In this document: piece after piece, positions 35,750 to 48,731 of the stretch | Position numbering within the stretch: the first letter of the stretch is position 1 | Layout of the letters: each line of letters starts with the position of its first letter | Source: Conidiobolus incongruus B7586 | Taxonomy: Eukaryota | Assembly: GCA_000697335.1 (NCBI GenBank) | Contig: JNEM01011138.1 | Span: 1 to 51,896 of the forward strand | Direction of reading: 5' to 3' | Length of the DNA: 51,896 nt | The notes under the pieces: model-generated | What the model was told of the DNA's origin: nothing | The model's database searches: none | What the model saw: the letters and a program-made list of their open reading frames with translations, nothing else | Position numbers and translations under genes: made by a program

Positions 35750-37640
35750 AATGAATATATTTATAGTTTGAGATTTACCTTTGATTTTTTTTGATTATAA
35801 TTTCATTTGGATTAGCATTCTGTTTATGAGCTAAAATAAAAATTCTAGTGATAATTATTTTTTCTAAGTTTAACTTGGTGAATCCATTGGTTTACAATTT
35901 ATCAAGTCCTCTCAAAGATAATTCAGCACTAAAAAGTTAAAAGTAATTGATATTACTATAAAAATCTAATACCTGAACTTTTGGGTGATATAAGTCAAGA
36001 ATTCACAAATTCTGAAATAATATTTGATTAGAAATATATATACTAATTATTTACTAAGATATCTGTGATTCATCAAATTCACGATTCAAAAATAGATTAA
36101 ATACTAAGTTAAAGTTCTATTTAAAGATTTTTCAAATAAATGAAAATATCAATTAATAATAATGAAACTTTCAGATCCTGATATTTTAATATATTTCAGA
36201 CATAATTTAAACCACAAGATTTAATTTTTTTCCCTATAAACTAAGCTAAATACAACATGATTATAGTGTTATTTATATACCTCTAATGTTTATACATTTG
36301 TCAAAAATTTTAGATTTTATTTTCCTTGTCATCCAAGTCTGAATCAAAATGTTAATTGCTTAAACTACCACAAGATTGCAAATATTTAATTTTGACTTCA
36401 AATATATCTAAAATTGGTATAATATGATACTGACTCTAAAGTATTATATATTGGAATATATTATTATTATTGTTATTATTATTATTATTACCAATTTTTC
36501 TGAAATTCCTGAATTATCAGTCTGCTCAAGCACTCAAACTAAGAGCTAAAGCCATTTTATTGCTTTTTCATCAAATTTGATATGCTTCATTCCAGTAGGA
36601 CATATAAAATCTAATTTTTTATTTTAAAAGATCAGTATCCTGACTCATATTAAATTCACAAACCAAGTTATCATGCTGAAGCTCTGAAATATTTTTAGTA
36701 ATTAAAATATAATAATAAATAGGTTTTATCTTGATGAATAATTGCAAATGATTGTATACATATATCTTTATAAATCATCTAATTTATACTAGAATTATAT
36801 CTTAATTAGCACTTTTGTATATGATATTAGCTTTGGATAATGAATATTCAGCATTAAACTTGCTATTTAAGATATGGTTCTATTAAAATTATAAATATAT
36901 TGACTGTATTTATTGAATGAACTTCACGTCTCTGAATCTTTTTTTCAAAAGCTGAAATTATTAATTCAACATTCTTAATATCTTTCATATTTAAGCTATT
37001 ATTTAATATAAACAAATTAAATGTTTAAAATAAGTATACCTCAGCATGATTCAATTGATTTGATATTAGCTTGAGCTAGAATTTCATCATCTAAAATAAG
37101 TAGTTCAAACTTAAAATGAAATATACTCAACGATCTTTTCTGAAATTTTCCAACTTGTTACAAATCATGCGACCTAGAAGCATATTTATTAAAACTTCAA
37201 TTATATACCATGTTACATACTCTAATATACTCGGAGAGTTTATAAATTTATTGGTGAGTATACTTTGGTTTTTCATAGTAATAATTCAATAACAGTAATT
37301 TGAACCTAATCCCAATAAATATATATATTAAAGCTATAATAGATTACTTGAATTTTAATTGTTTCTTTAATTTCTTTATTATCACATTGTTTCAGCCGTT
37401 CAGATATAATCAGAGTTTGTTTTAGATAATCAATATTTGCATTATATAAAAAAAATTCTAATCTATTAAAAATTTTTGAACTTTGTCAAATCTTAATAAT
37501 ATTCTTATTAGCGTAATGTCATTCATAGTTAATATTTACCTTTTTTAAATATCATCTTTAGTTGAAATCTTAATTTCCTCAAAATAAATATTAGAACAAT
37601 TATCTATTACTATTGTAACAATTTTTGCATTTGTTAAATG
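35750..37640 (-). pseudogene. Decayed multi-exon gene remnant, unidentified (possibly the 5' part of the 31700-33620 remnant)
   Basis: Minus-strand donor-like sites near 35778, 36280, 36491, 37039, 37208, 37346 and 37539 bound moderately GC-richer blocks interrupted by stops. Confidence 0.3.
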
Positions 37641-39177
37641 CAATACTTAAATTTATAATTGAAATAATACTAAATTATTGTGTTATTATAAAAATTACAT
37701 TTATATTCATATTAAAAAAAATAATAACTCAAATTTATAATAACTTGAATAATTTTAATAAAATTCAAATTTAAATGATTAATTATCAAATAAATAAAAA
37801 TAGTAAATGAAAGAAACTATACTGGTATATAATTTTGGAATTTAATTTATTAATTAACAATTTAATATATATCTCTTACAATTTGTTATAAACAGTATTT
37901 TTCAAGTATTAATAAGTATTAATAAGTATTAAATATATAGACATCATTGTTTGATTGATCAATTTTAATCATCAATCATTTAATAATTAATATTTATATA
38001 ATCTAACTATTGGAAAAAGGATTACTATATACATTTAAAAAGTGAATATAAAAATCAAAGATTTTTAGTGAAATATTCCTTTGATCTGTTATTATTCTAA
38101 TCATATTTCGATTAGTTGATTTTTTTAATTTGAATATTATTTCAAACTATATTTTAAATAAATATATTGTTTTGAAATTTTGTTAGTAAGTTTATACTTA
38201 AAAGAAATTTTTCATATTGTAATATTTACTAAATCTAAATAGATAGAGCATTGAAAATATATTTTTCTCTAAACTGCTCTCATATTTAAATATAACTGAT
38301 CTCATATTGCTGAAATTCGGAATATATAAACTAGTCTAATTTAGATTGATTATAATCTCAATACCACAATATTTATTCTAATATTTTTTGTATTTAAGAA
38401 TAAGGAATTTTTTTCAATATTCACTGATCTCCTTAACTTCTCCGATTTTTTGACTTTAATCGGATTATCATTTAAATGAGGTGATATTAAGCACATGTTT
38501 ACAAAAATTTTCAATAATTATCATTTTAACAGATCCTAAATTAATCCAATAAATTTTACAAAATTGATTTGTAAAATTTTAATGAAAAAGGCTAAAATTG
38601 ATGTAGAGCATAATATGATTCTTGACCTAATCCAATTGCAAGAATGCTTAATATAACCAGTTATGAATTGGGTGATTGTTTTCAAGGAAACTGATTGGAT
38701 GTCTAATGCGGATTCTATTCGTTTAATTTTAATCTTTGAATAATTATTCAAACAACTCAATTCACATCCATTATTCATGCAGCCAATCATTATAAAGGAC
38801 CATCTCAATCAATGATATGATTGGCTATTGAGGTTTGAGCAATGTGAAGTTGAAAAACATTTAAATACAGCGCTATGAACATATTAGTTAACTGGAAAAG
38901 GAATATAGCCAAAGTCACGAGAATTGGCACTATTACTCTCTTTATTTTATTATTAACTTTAAGGTGGGATTCTTTATCAAGGCTACTTTAATTTGTTTTG
39001 ATCTATACTTGATCCCTATCATCATCATTCATATGGCTTCGGGACTGTTTTATATTTTATATCGTTTTTCTCACACCATATCCCTTTTTTCTCTACCATG
39101 CTCTTCAACTATTTTATCAAAAGAGTGAGCTATTTTTCTAACTATTTTTTTTATCTTATTAGCACATACTTTAAAAT

Positions 39178-40122
39178 ATGAAGTTTCTTGATCTTACGGA
39201 ACTTGAACTGGTCAACCACGCCTTGGACTTTGTATCCTCCGATTGTCACGTAATAGGTCGAATAGAAACCTACTCTTGTAAACATATTTCTTTGTTTTTT
39301 GTATTTTTTTCTAATATTTTATTATAGGTAAAGCCACTAACTATGATAAAAAACTTTCTAAACAGTTAAATTCGAGATTCTCTTGTTCAACCTCACCAAA
39401 TAAAGAAGAACAGAATACGCTAAAACACTTCAATTCGCTCGACAATAACTATTTTTTAACTTCTTCATATGAATCAAGCTATGGATCTTTAGACGCTTCT
39501 GCTGTCAAAAAAATATTCTGCTATCTTATATCGACGATGAACTCTGCTTTTCCAGATTACGACTTCAGCTATTTGCAACCAAAGAATTTTATACATTTTG
39601 AATCTGCTGAAATGGTTATTAATAGTATCAACCAAACTTTGATCAGCTCTGGAGGTCAGGAACTTGTCAACTGTTCAGGTTTATGGGAAGCTATCAATCC
39701 TATTATCGAATTCAAAGATTGTGATGTCTTTTCATTTGTTCCCGACTATGACTCGGAGCCATTTTCTGGACCAGGATCAATGTAAGTAAATGAACGTATT
39801 CGGTGAAATTTTCACTAACCTATCATTAGTTGGTATTTTAACTATTTCTTTTATAACCGCAAGCTCAAAAGGATATTATTCTTTACTTGCACTGGCTACA
39901 GGTTAGTCTGATTATTTGATCTGCATTTTCATTTTATTAATCACATCTTTCAGCCTCAAAGCTAACCCATATGATGAAGCCCTTGGATCCTCAATATCGG
40001 AGTATGGAAATGCTAATGATGGGTAAGATTATTGAACTCGGCATTTTGAATTTATTATTAATCCGCAGTTTTATGATAGCTTCGATTATGAAGAAGTCGT
40101 CATGGCAGATATTGAACTCTAA
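39178..40122 (+). CDS. MAF1: RNA polymerase III repressor Maf1, 5 coding exons: 39178-39277, 39328-39781, 39830-39901, 39954-40022, 40080-40122; 5'UTR intron 39125-39162
   Basis: MKFL..., GRIETYSCK (box A), YLISTMNSAFPDYDFS (box B), IWYFNYFFYNRKLKRILFF (box C) and acidic tail FDYEEVVMADIEL. The last acceptor is ambiguous (40068 or 40079). Confidence 0.93.
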
Positions 40123-42069
40123 TTGACTTGGCTAATTATTACTTTTACTTTACTAACCTATTTACTCAAATATCTTTACTTATTATAACTTATCTAACTA
40201 TTCCAATGATCTTGTTTATTTTATCATCTTATAAATGGTATAATTGATTATAATTTTTACTCATTTATTTTATTTAGTTTTTGATCATAGTGACTTTCTA
40301 CAACCTATCTAATCCCTGTGTGTAACTAATTTTATCAACCCCAAGCAATGATTTCATAGTTGAAATTCAATTATATCCTCCAATTAGAACACTTCTTAGT
40401 GTATGTGAAAATATGGAATAGTATAGTTGATTCGCTAGTGAGGTTTTATATTCTCATGTTGTCCTGTTAGCAATTCAACAATTGAAATATCAACATTTTT
40501 AGTAAAATTCATTGGATACTTTGAAAATATCATCATTTCGATACTTCCATCAATATCCACATTACAATTTTACTCATGCCCAACTTTTAGTAAACTGAAT
40601 CTTTGAGCATTAAAAAGGGTGCTTTAGAAAAACTATTTCAATAGCTGGCATTCATTTAATTAATACGCAATAATTATTCATTTGTATATAGCTCCAAATT
40701 TCAAATATAATCAGCGATTTATTTTTCTTTAATATTTCATAGCAATAGTAATATACTGAAATTAGCATTTTTTTTCATTTGAGATTAATTAAATAAACAT
40801 CTAAAAATTTAATTTTAGTAATATCCATAAAAAATAAATTTAAATTGAATAATTATGTCATAATATAAAATATTAAATTTTATATTATTGAATTATTTTA
40901 ATTTGTAATATATTTGAAATTGATAATAATTGATTTTTTAACTTGTAATAATATCTTCAATGTCTTTATTTCAAAATTTACAGCATAAAATTTATTTAAA
41001 TATCTAATCATTTGGAGGTTTAATTATTTTAAATTTAACAATTCTAAATATCTTTTATTAACATTTTTTAAACTAATTTATAAATCATTGGTTAATTGTG
41101 TAATATTGAAAATATAGATTTGAGGCAAATATTTCTCTTGAAATATGATCAATTTATTATAATTATTTAAATTTAGTTATTTAAAAGATGATATATTAAC
41201 TTGATAATTTTAATAATTAATGAGTATCCTATATAAAATTATTATTTAAAATTTAATCTTAATTTATTATAGTAATAATATTTAAATAATTTTTTTTATT
41301 TTGAATTAATTTTTTTAAAATGAAATAATTCATTATATATTCACTCGAATTTCAATATATTTAACTATTTATAACAATATTTAAAATGAATAGTATATCT
41401 ATATTGAAATATGTAATGGTCAGAGTGTTATAAAAACATAATCAAAAACATTTAAAAGGTTCAAATTGTTTCGAATTGACTATAGTAATATAAATATACT
41501 TATTATTAAACAATTTTAGATATAAAAATATTTTAAAGTTTTTTGATCATTCAATTATTCCATATTAAATAATTATAGTACACAATTGGAAAATATCAAA
41601 TTTTTTAAAGAAAAAAATTATAATATGGATATGGATCCAATCATCCTAAAAGATATTGCAAGATATTATTTTTAGTAATCAGTTAGAGTGAAATTATTTA
41701 TAATAATTTATAATTAAATAATATATTAGATGATAGTTGTCCTATGACAAACTTTCTAATTCAAAATTATTTTTTAAATTCCATTAAACCTCTAGAAATT
41801 GTCCAACCATTTAATTTCTTCGCAGTAAATAATATCAATTAATAATTAATGAATGATCATGAGAATGATAAATGATCCAGTTAGGAACATTTAATAAATA
41901 TCTTGATGAAAGTGTGATTTTCATTTTGGACTGTTATTTTATTGAAATATAATTTATATTATTCAATTGATCCCATTTCCTCAAATATTAATCGTGGTAT
42001 TAATGAAATAATATTGGGTTATATGTAATTGAAATAATCAATCTATATATTAAGTTAGTATAAATATGC

Positions 42070-44282
42070 TTAGTCCAACTTGTTTTTGAATTTGGAATGG
42101 CTGCTCATCTGGTAATCGTTCAAACTATCCAAAAGGTCTGAGTGATTCTTGATGCTCCTTGTAATAAAGTCTAAGAATCGGTGACCGTAAGTTCTGGGGT
42201 CGACTGCAGATACCTGGTTGATATCGTGGCCTATACCCTTCCAGAAGTGCTCCACTCTCTTCTTGAAATTGTAGGGAGTCATGATGTCTATGATGCCCAT
42301 ACAGTATAGTTCACTAAGGGGCCTATCGTCCTCATCAGTTGCCAAAAAGCCTCCATCATCCTTGTAGAACATATGATTAATGCGTTCATCTGTCGAGTCT
42401 TGTGAGAAGGGCTCACCACTTTTGTCCTTGAGCTGAACTGGATCGATAGAAAATACAAGCTTGCGGAGCCTATCAACATTCATTTTGACGCGTGAACGAG
42501 AATTCTCTGGCTTCTGATATTGCGCACCTTGACGCGGTCGAACTCCAGTTTGGCTATCTCGTGATGGTGGGTCGAAAAGGGTTAATGTGTTTTGACGGAT
42601 TTGCTCACTGTTACCAACGTCCATATTGTGAATACCAAGAAGTAAACTGTAGTCCATAATGTTGTGAGCTGTGAGGAATGCAACATCGTTCTCAAGCTGG
42701 TAATAAAGCTGATGTCTCTTGATAGGGCCTAGACTGAGACATCGGCCTTGTTCCAGCCAATTCAAATCCTTGAGTACCTTTTGACCTGATGACTTACTTT
42801 CATCCAAGTATCTTCCTAGTGTTGATCCTTTCAAATCGAATTGCACATGGATATCTTTTGAGGGTGGATACACATTGGCCATGACTACAAAATGAATTTT
42901 CTTCATATGAGGCAGCTTGACTCTGTGTAAACCAAAAATTCTCGAAATAAGTGTATTGGGATTGGTACGAATGTGGTGATAGTATCCCTTGAGAATATTT
43001 CTGAAGAATTTGTGTTCAGTGTGATGTACAGTCTTGATAATGAATCGATAATCTCTAGAATAGTAAAAAAAGCTACCACTTTTACCCGGAGTGCTCAATT
43101 CGGAAAGAATATATTTTAGTGTGAGTGAAACTAGATAATCTGCTTCATCCACTTTGAATAGTTTGCGCAGGTGACGAAATACCCATGGTGCATAGTCCTT
43201 GAACTTGAAGTCATATTTTGATGAGGGAGTCAGCTCATTTCCTGTGATATCAAATGCCAATTTGTGAGCAGATCCGAAGTCTTCTGCTGTAAGCTCTCTC
43301 CATGGCTTTGCAGAGTATCTGGATACAGATACACGAATCCCAGTAAGCATATTATACATGAGCACATAGTTGTGGTGGCCCTCCCCGACTTTCGTACCAA
43401 TCTGGGGACTCTTATTCGCTTTATGAAGTTGTGATTTTGTTCTCTTTTGCTGTTTTTTAAATTGTTTCATGCGGTTACGAGCCTCCTCCCAAGTGAGTTC
43501 AGAAAGTTCAGCCATATGTGCTAGTTGAACTGGATCAGCATTTTTTACACGAGAAAATTCATCACTTTTTTGTGGATGATATGATGTTCCAGTGCGTGGA
43601 TCTAATACTGCGCGATGGTTTATTGGCTCATCACCTTCTTTGGGACTCATCCAATTGGGAACAACCGTAAACGGAGTGAAACTAAGTGATCTATTGAATC
43701 GTGTTCGAGTCTCTTGGAATGATTTACCATCTTCGCTTCTTGTTAATTCTAGAAGTATTGAATGAATTTAGAATTAAAATAATGCTAGTAACATTTAATA
43801 ATACCTGGTACTGGTGATATTTCAACCCCAATATCAGTATTTTCTGTTACTGGATTTCTTGCGGATATTACCAAATCAATAGAAGTTGTTTTTCTGATAA
43901 CTGAGGTGGCAGACAAGTGTTGTTGTTCAAAATCCTGACCAGGTAAGCTGTTAATATCGTTCGGAGAATTAAGAGGCGAATGTTTATTCCGCGGTGTAAC
44001 AGGAAGTGACGATGTTGTCATACCTATTAAACTCGGTGCAGAACGTGAGTATGGACATGGTTCCGCACTTTTATGGAATGTTGAAATCACTGAATCTAGT
44101 CCATTCCAATTCGATCGTGCTGATTTTGGTTCTTTAATAATATTTATTGTTTCAAATTTGGAATTAGTGGAAATTGGCGAAGTGTAAATAATATGTTCAG
44201 ATTCTTTGTTTATGTCGTTATGCTCTTTAGGCTTTGTTAGTAATAGAGTAGGACCATCGAAATCATAGTGATTATTGGTCAT
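42070..44282 (-). CDS. MSS4: Phosphatidylinositol-4-phosphate 5-kinase, 718 aa, 2 exons: 44282-43805, 43748-42070
   Basis: GHHNYVLMYNMLTGIR, FKFKDYAP, GKSGSFFY, FIIKT, FDLKGS, LKDLN, MDYSLLLG and GIIDI motifs; intron 43804-43749 keeps frame. Confidence 0.96.
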
Positions 44283-45364
44283 TTTTGTATTTAATTCCGT
44301 TTATACTATATAAAAAATGTTTAGACAATGCCCACAGTTAATTTATATTGAAATTTAACAGAAAATGAAAAAAAAAAATAAAAATAAAATACTATTACAA
44401 TTAAAATTATATAATTTGAATATTATTTAATTTTCTATTTAAAATGTCAAATAATATTAAAATAAAACGAGCTAGCGTGACTAATACTATGGATTTAAAT
44501 CAACTAATAACAATAAAAATTAGAAGCTGACTTATTAAATAAAAAAGAATAAGCAGTTAAAAAATAAAAAATTGAAGTTAAAAAAGCTTGAAGAAGCAAT
44601 TCGAAATGTAGATCTACATACTCATCAATTATTCTGACCAAATTAAATTACTCAAATTAAATTACCCTTAATCCATCTTTATCTGACATTCGATTGGCTG
44701 ATCCTATCATATCTTAAACTTTTCATTGCTTTTTATTGAATTGAAATTAGTGTAAATAAATAATTTTTGAAACATATTTAATTGATGATTGAATGGATTG
44801 AACTTAATTTTATTGGTTATTCTAAAGAATTCAAAGCTAAAGAAATTTCAAATCGATTTTTTGATTATTGTTATCAACAAATTAAAACATTAATCGACCT
44901 TTAAATAATCCTATATCATCAATTAATCGCCATATATACAAATATTATCTGCAATTTGGCTACACTTTTTTACTTGCCAAAATATCTAAAAATATCTTGA
45001 AACTTTTAAATTTATTGGAGTTTCAATGTTTAATATTAGCTCACCAAATATCGCTAAATATATAAAAAGGTTAATTTTATTTCAAATGCCTAATAATGAT
45101 GTCATAATCCATATTATAAAGGATATTCAATTAGCTACAAGGTTGATATAATTTTAATTATATTATTTTGTTTTTATCTAAATATTCAATTGTGCTACTT
45201 TTAATATTGAATATATCAATCGAGAATGTTTATCGTATATTTTAAACCTATACATCTAAATTTTGAAGCTATTTCAACCAAATATCATTCAATCTCGAAT
45301 CATCGCTGTATTTCTAATATTAAATATCAAGTTTTTAAATATAAAGAACTAGCTTTTATTGATT

Positions 45365-46450
45365 AAAATGGGATTACATGTTAAATAGGAGGAATACTTG
45401 TTTTTTGATTATTATCTACTTGTTTTGAATTTGCAAATTCTTGATTAACACTCAATTTCTAATCAATTGTCACTATATTGACATATTAGAAATTTTCACT
45501 ATTACTATATTCGATTGATTATTATAGATTATAATCCTTTCGATGACTGCATAACATTAATAATAGTATACATTATTAAATAATGCCAATATTTTTTTCA
45601 AAGTATTTAGGTCTAAAAATTATGATCAAGGAAATATTTTGATTAGTGAATTTGAGTATATTTGATCGTTTTGAGTATTCTTCGTATTTATCACTTGAAA
45701 TTTAAGAATTCATCCTATTATTACAAATTGGAAATCTTTCCTAATTTACGATTATCAAACTTGAGTTTGAGTAACCATTATAGAAATCGGATTTATATTA
45801 AAATATTGATTGATTTAGTATTAGAAGGCCGTTATATATTACCTATAATATCAGTAGTTAATATTATATTATATGATATTCCTTTTTCGAATTTTCAATT
45901 AATATGTTGAAATTTAAATTCAAATGGGATAAAATTGTGAAAAATAATATTCAAAGTATTTAGTGGAAAAGTCAAGAAAATGAAAATGTTTCGCAATAAA
46001 TATTATAGGTCTAAAGCATGTTATAATAGGAATAATGTGATTGTTTTTAATAACAATGCTAAATTAATTAGAAATTGATTAAGATTGAATAATACTTGAA
46101 GCACATAAATTAAGATTGATTAATTGAAAATTTGTGAATTTTATAATTTTAATTTTTGAAAAAAAAAGATTGTATTTGAAATCAAATAATATTGAAATAA
46201 GAATGTAATGGCTTATATAATTACATATACTATCTTTTCATATAGCCTTAAGGTTTGAGTTTGAAAAGGATATTGTACAGATTACAGTAAGAAGTATTCA
46301 TAATATTTAAAATATGATTAGAAATCAAATGATCAGTTTTTATGAACGACAAATTTGATATTAGAAAATTTGAAAGCCTATAAAAGTTATTCGCCTGAGT
46401 TGATTATTCAAGTTTTAAACTACAATGTAAATTACATTATTTTATAGAAA
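45365..46450 (+). pseudogene. Possible decayed F-box/LRR-type gene remnant
   Basis: Fragments KWDYMLN..., STCFEFANS* and YKLEIFPNLRLSNLSL loosely resemble an F-box start and LRR units. Many stops; identification is weak. Confidence 0.25.
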
Positions 46451-46990
46451 AAATGTATATTTATATATGATATAAAAATTTAATTACTTGACTTCAATGG
46501 ATTAAAGTTTATGATACCAATACTAAAGATTATCTTTTTTCAAAGTTTATGTAATTTTTTATTATTGGTTGAATATCATAAAATTGTGCTATCTTTTTTA
46601 TATGATTCTATTGATCATATGAGTTATTATTCGAAAAACCACTATTTGGATCTTGAGCCCAACTGAATATCTGCAAATTTCATCATTTAATATTTATATA
46701 CATCAAATATTCTAACGAATGTAAATCCTTTCATTTCACATTCACAGTGGAATATTTTTTCAACCCTAATATCTCAGCATTCAAAGTTTTTGCAAGCTAT
46801 CATGCAAAGATCTCTTAAACAGTGATTTCATTGTATCACTCAAAGTCACTTATTATCCCATAATATGACATCATTTAATTATATTATTTGAATATATAAA
46901 TTCATTTTCGATCAAAATAATTCCAGTCACCTGAACATATACAAATTCATCTTATGATCATTGTCTAAAGTATTAATATATTAATATTCA

Positions 46991-48661
46991 ATGAAGCCAA
47001 TTGAAATAAAGCCATTAAAACCACAAAAATCTGATGAAACTTCCAACGAAGGAGTATCAAATACCTTCAATAAATTGAGAATTCAGTATCCTGTTGTAAA
47101 TTGGGTATGGCTACAGCTCACCTCACCAGAATGCTCTCTCTTATTCTATTCTTTATTACTATTTGAGACTATTTTAACCCTATTGATCATTTATAAAGTT
47201 CCCTGTAAGTAATTTTTGAAGATTTATTCTTTAATTCTAACTATTGTTTGTATAGATACTGAAATAGACTGGAAAGCTTATATGCAGCAAGTTGAGGGAT
47301 TTTTAAATGGTGAATTAAATTATTTGAACTTAAAGGGTGATACTGGACCATTAGTGTAATTAAATCGATCAAATATCTATGCTATAATTAATTAATACCA
47401 AAATTTATAGATACCCCGCTGGCTTTTTATATATCTATTCTTTACTCTATAAACTATCGGATAATGGCCATAACATCAGATTAGCCCAATTTTGTTTTTT
47501 GGGGTTGTATCTAATTTATCAATTTTTAACTTTTAGTTTATATAGAAAATTAAAGGTAAATAATTTATTTTATAATTTATCAAAATTTATAAAATATATT
47601 CATTAAACCAATTTTAGCTACCTCCTTACCTTTTGATATTCTTATGTTTGTCAAAGCGTCATCACAGTATCTTTACTTTAAGATTATTTAACGATCCGTT
47701 GGCAATCATATTTGTATTGTTATCCATTCATTTATTATTCGAATCTAACTATTATTTATCAACCATATTCTACAGGTATTTAATAATTATATTAAATATA
47801 TTTTCAATTTTATATCATTATCAATTATTTTTTAGTATTGGATTGTCTATAAAAATGAATTGTTTGTTATTTTTACCAGGTTATTTGTATATCATATTTA
47901 ACGATTTGGGAGTTGTCAATACCTTAATTCACATCTTTCTAATTGCTATTACCCAGGTACTTTTTATTTGACATTAATATTATTGTATTTATGGAATGTT
48001 AATTTATTTTTATAGATCATGATTGGCCTCCCGTTTCTAACTTCATTTCCCAAAGAGTATTTAATGAAATCATTTGAATTCTCGAGAAAATTTGAGTATG
48101 AGTGGACTGTTAATTGGAAAATGCTTTCTGAGCCCACCTTCTCTTCGGATGCCTTCGCCAGGCTATTACTCCTCTACCATTTGATCTTTTTGGTTGGATT
48201 TTTGGTAACAAGATGGACAGAACCCATTCGAGGTGGAATTATTCAGTTTGTTTATAATGGATTTAAATCATCCAACGAACCTTTAGTCAATTTTGAAAAA
48301 TTCAAAATATTAGCCATTTGTAATTTAATTGGTATCACATTCTCGAGAAGCCTACACTTTCAATTCTATTCTTGGTACTTCTTTACTATTCCATTCTTAT
48401 TAAGAGAAACTGGTTATTACTCAATTTTAAGGTAAAATTTTATATTAATTTTGGTTTGTGTATTATTAATTGGACTATTTTAGTTTAATTTTATGGATTT
48501 GCATTGAAATTACTTGGAATACATTCCCTGCTACCGAATTCACTTCAACGTTGCTATTTTTAAGTCATAACGCTATGTTAATTGGACTTTGGGCCAACTA
48601 TTATCATAATGTAAAACCTGATCAAACTAGAAAATCTCAGATTAAATTAAAATCTCAGTAA
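46991..48661 (+). CDS. ALG3: Dol-P-Man:Man5GlcNAc2-PP-Dol alpha-1,3-mannosyltransferase, 7 exons: 46991-47204, 47256-47355, 47411-47555, 47618-47775, 47836-47956, 48016-48431, 48484-48661
   Basis: [66 protein letters not shown] and [10 protein letters not shown] motifs. Confidence 0.96.
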
Positions 48662-48731
48662 TAAAAAGAAACAGATCGATTTTCTAATGTTATTTATTTA
48701 TTTATTATTTATAGTTAATAATTTAAAATGA

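Noticed and set aside
38536..38900. GC-richer block and 90-aa minus ORF upstream of MAF1 (snRNA or small gene?)
   Set aside because: No U-snRNA, U3, RNase P/MRP or C/D box pattern found; no recognisable protein motif.
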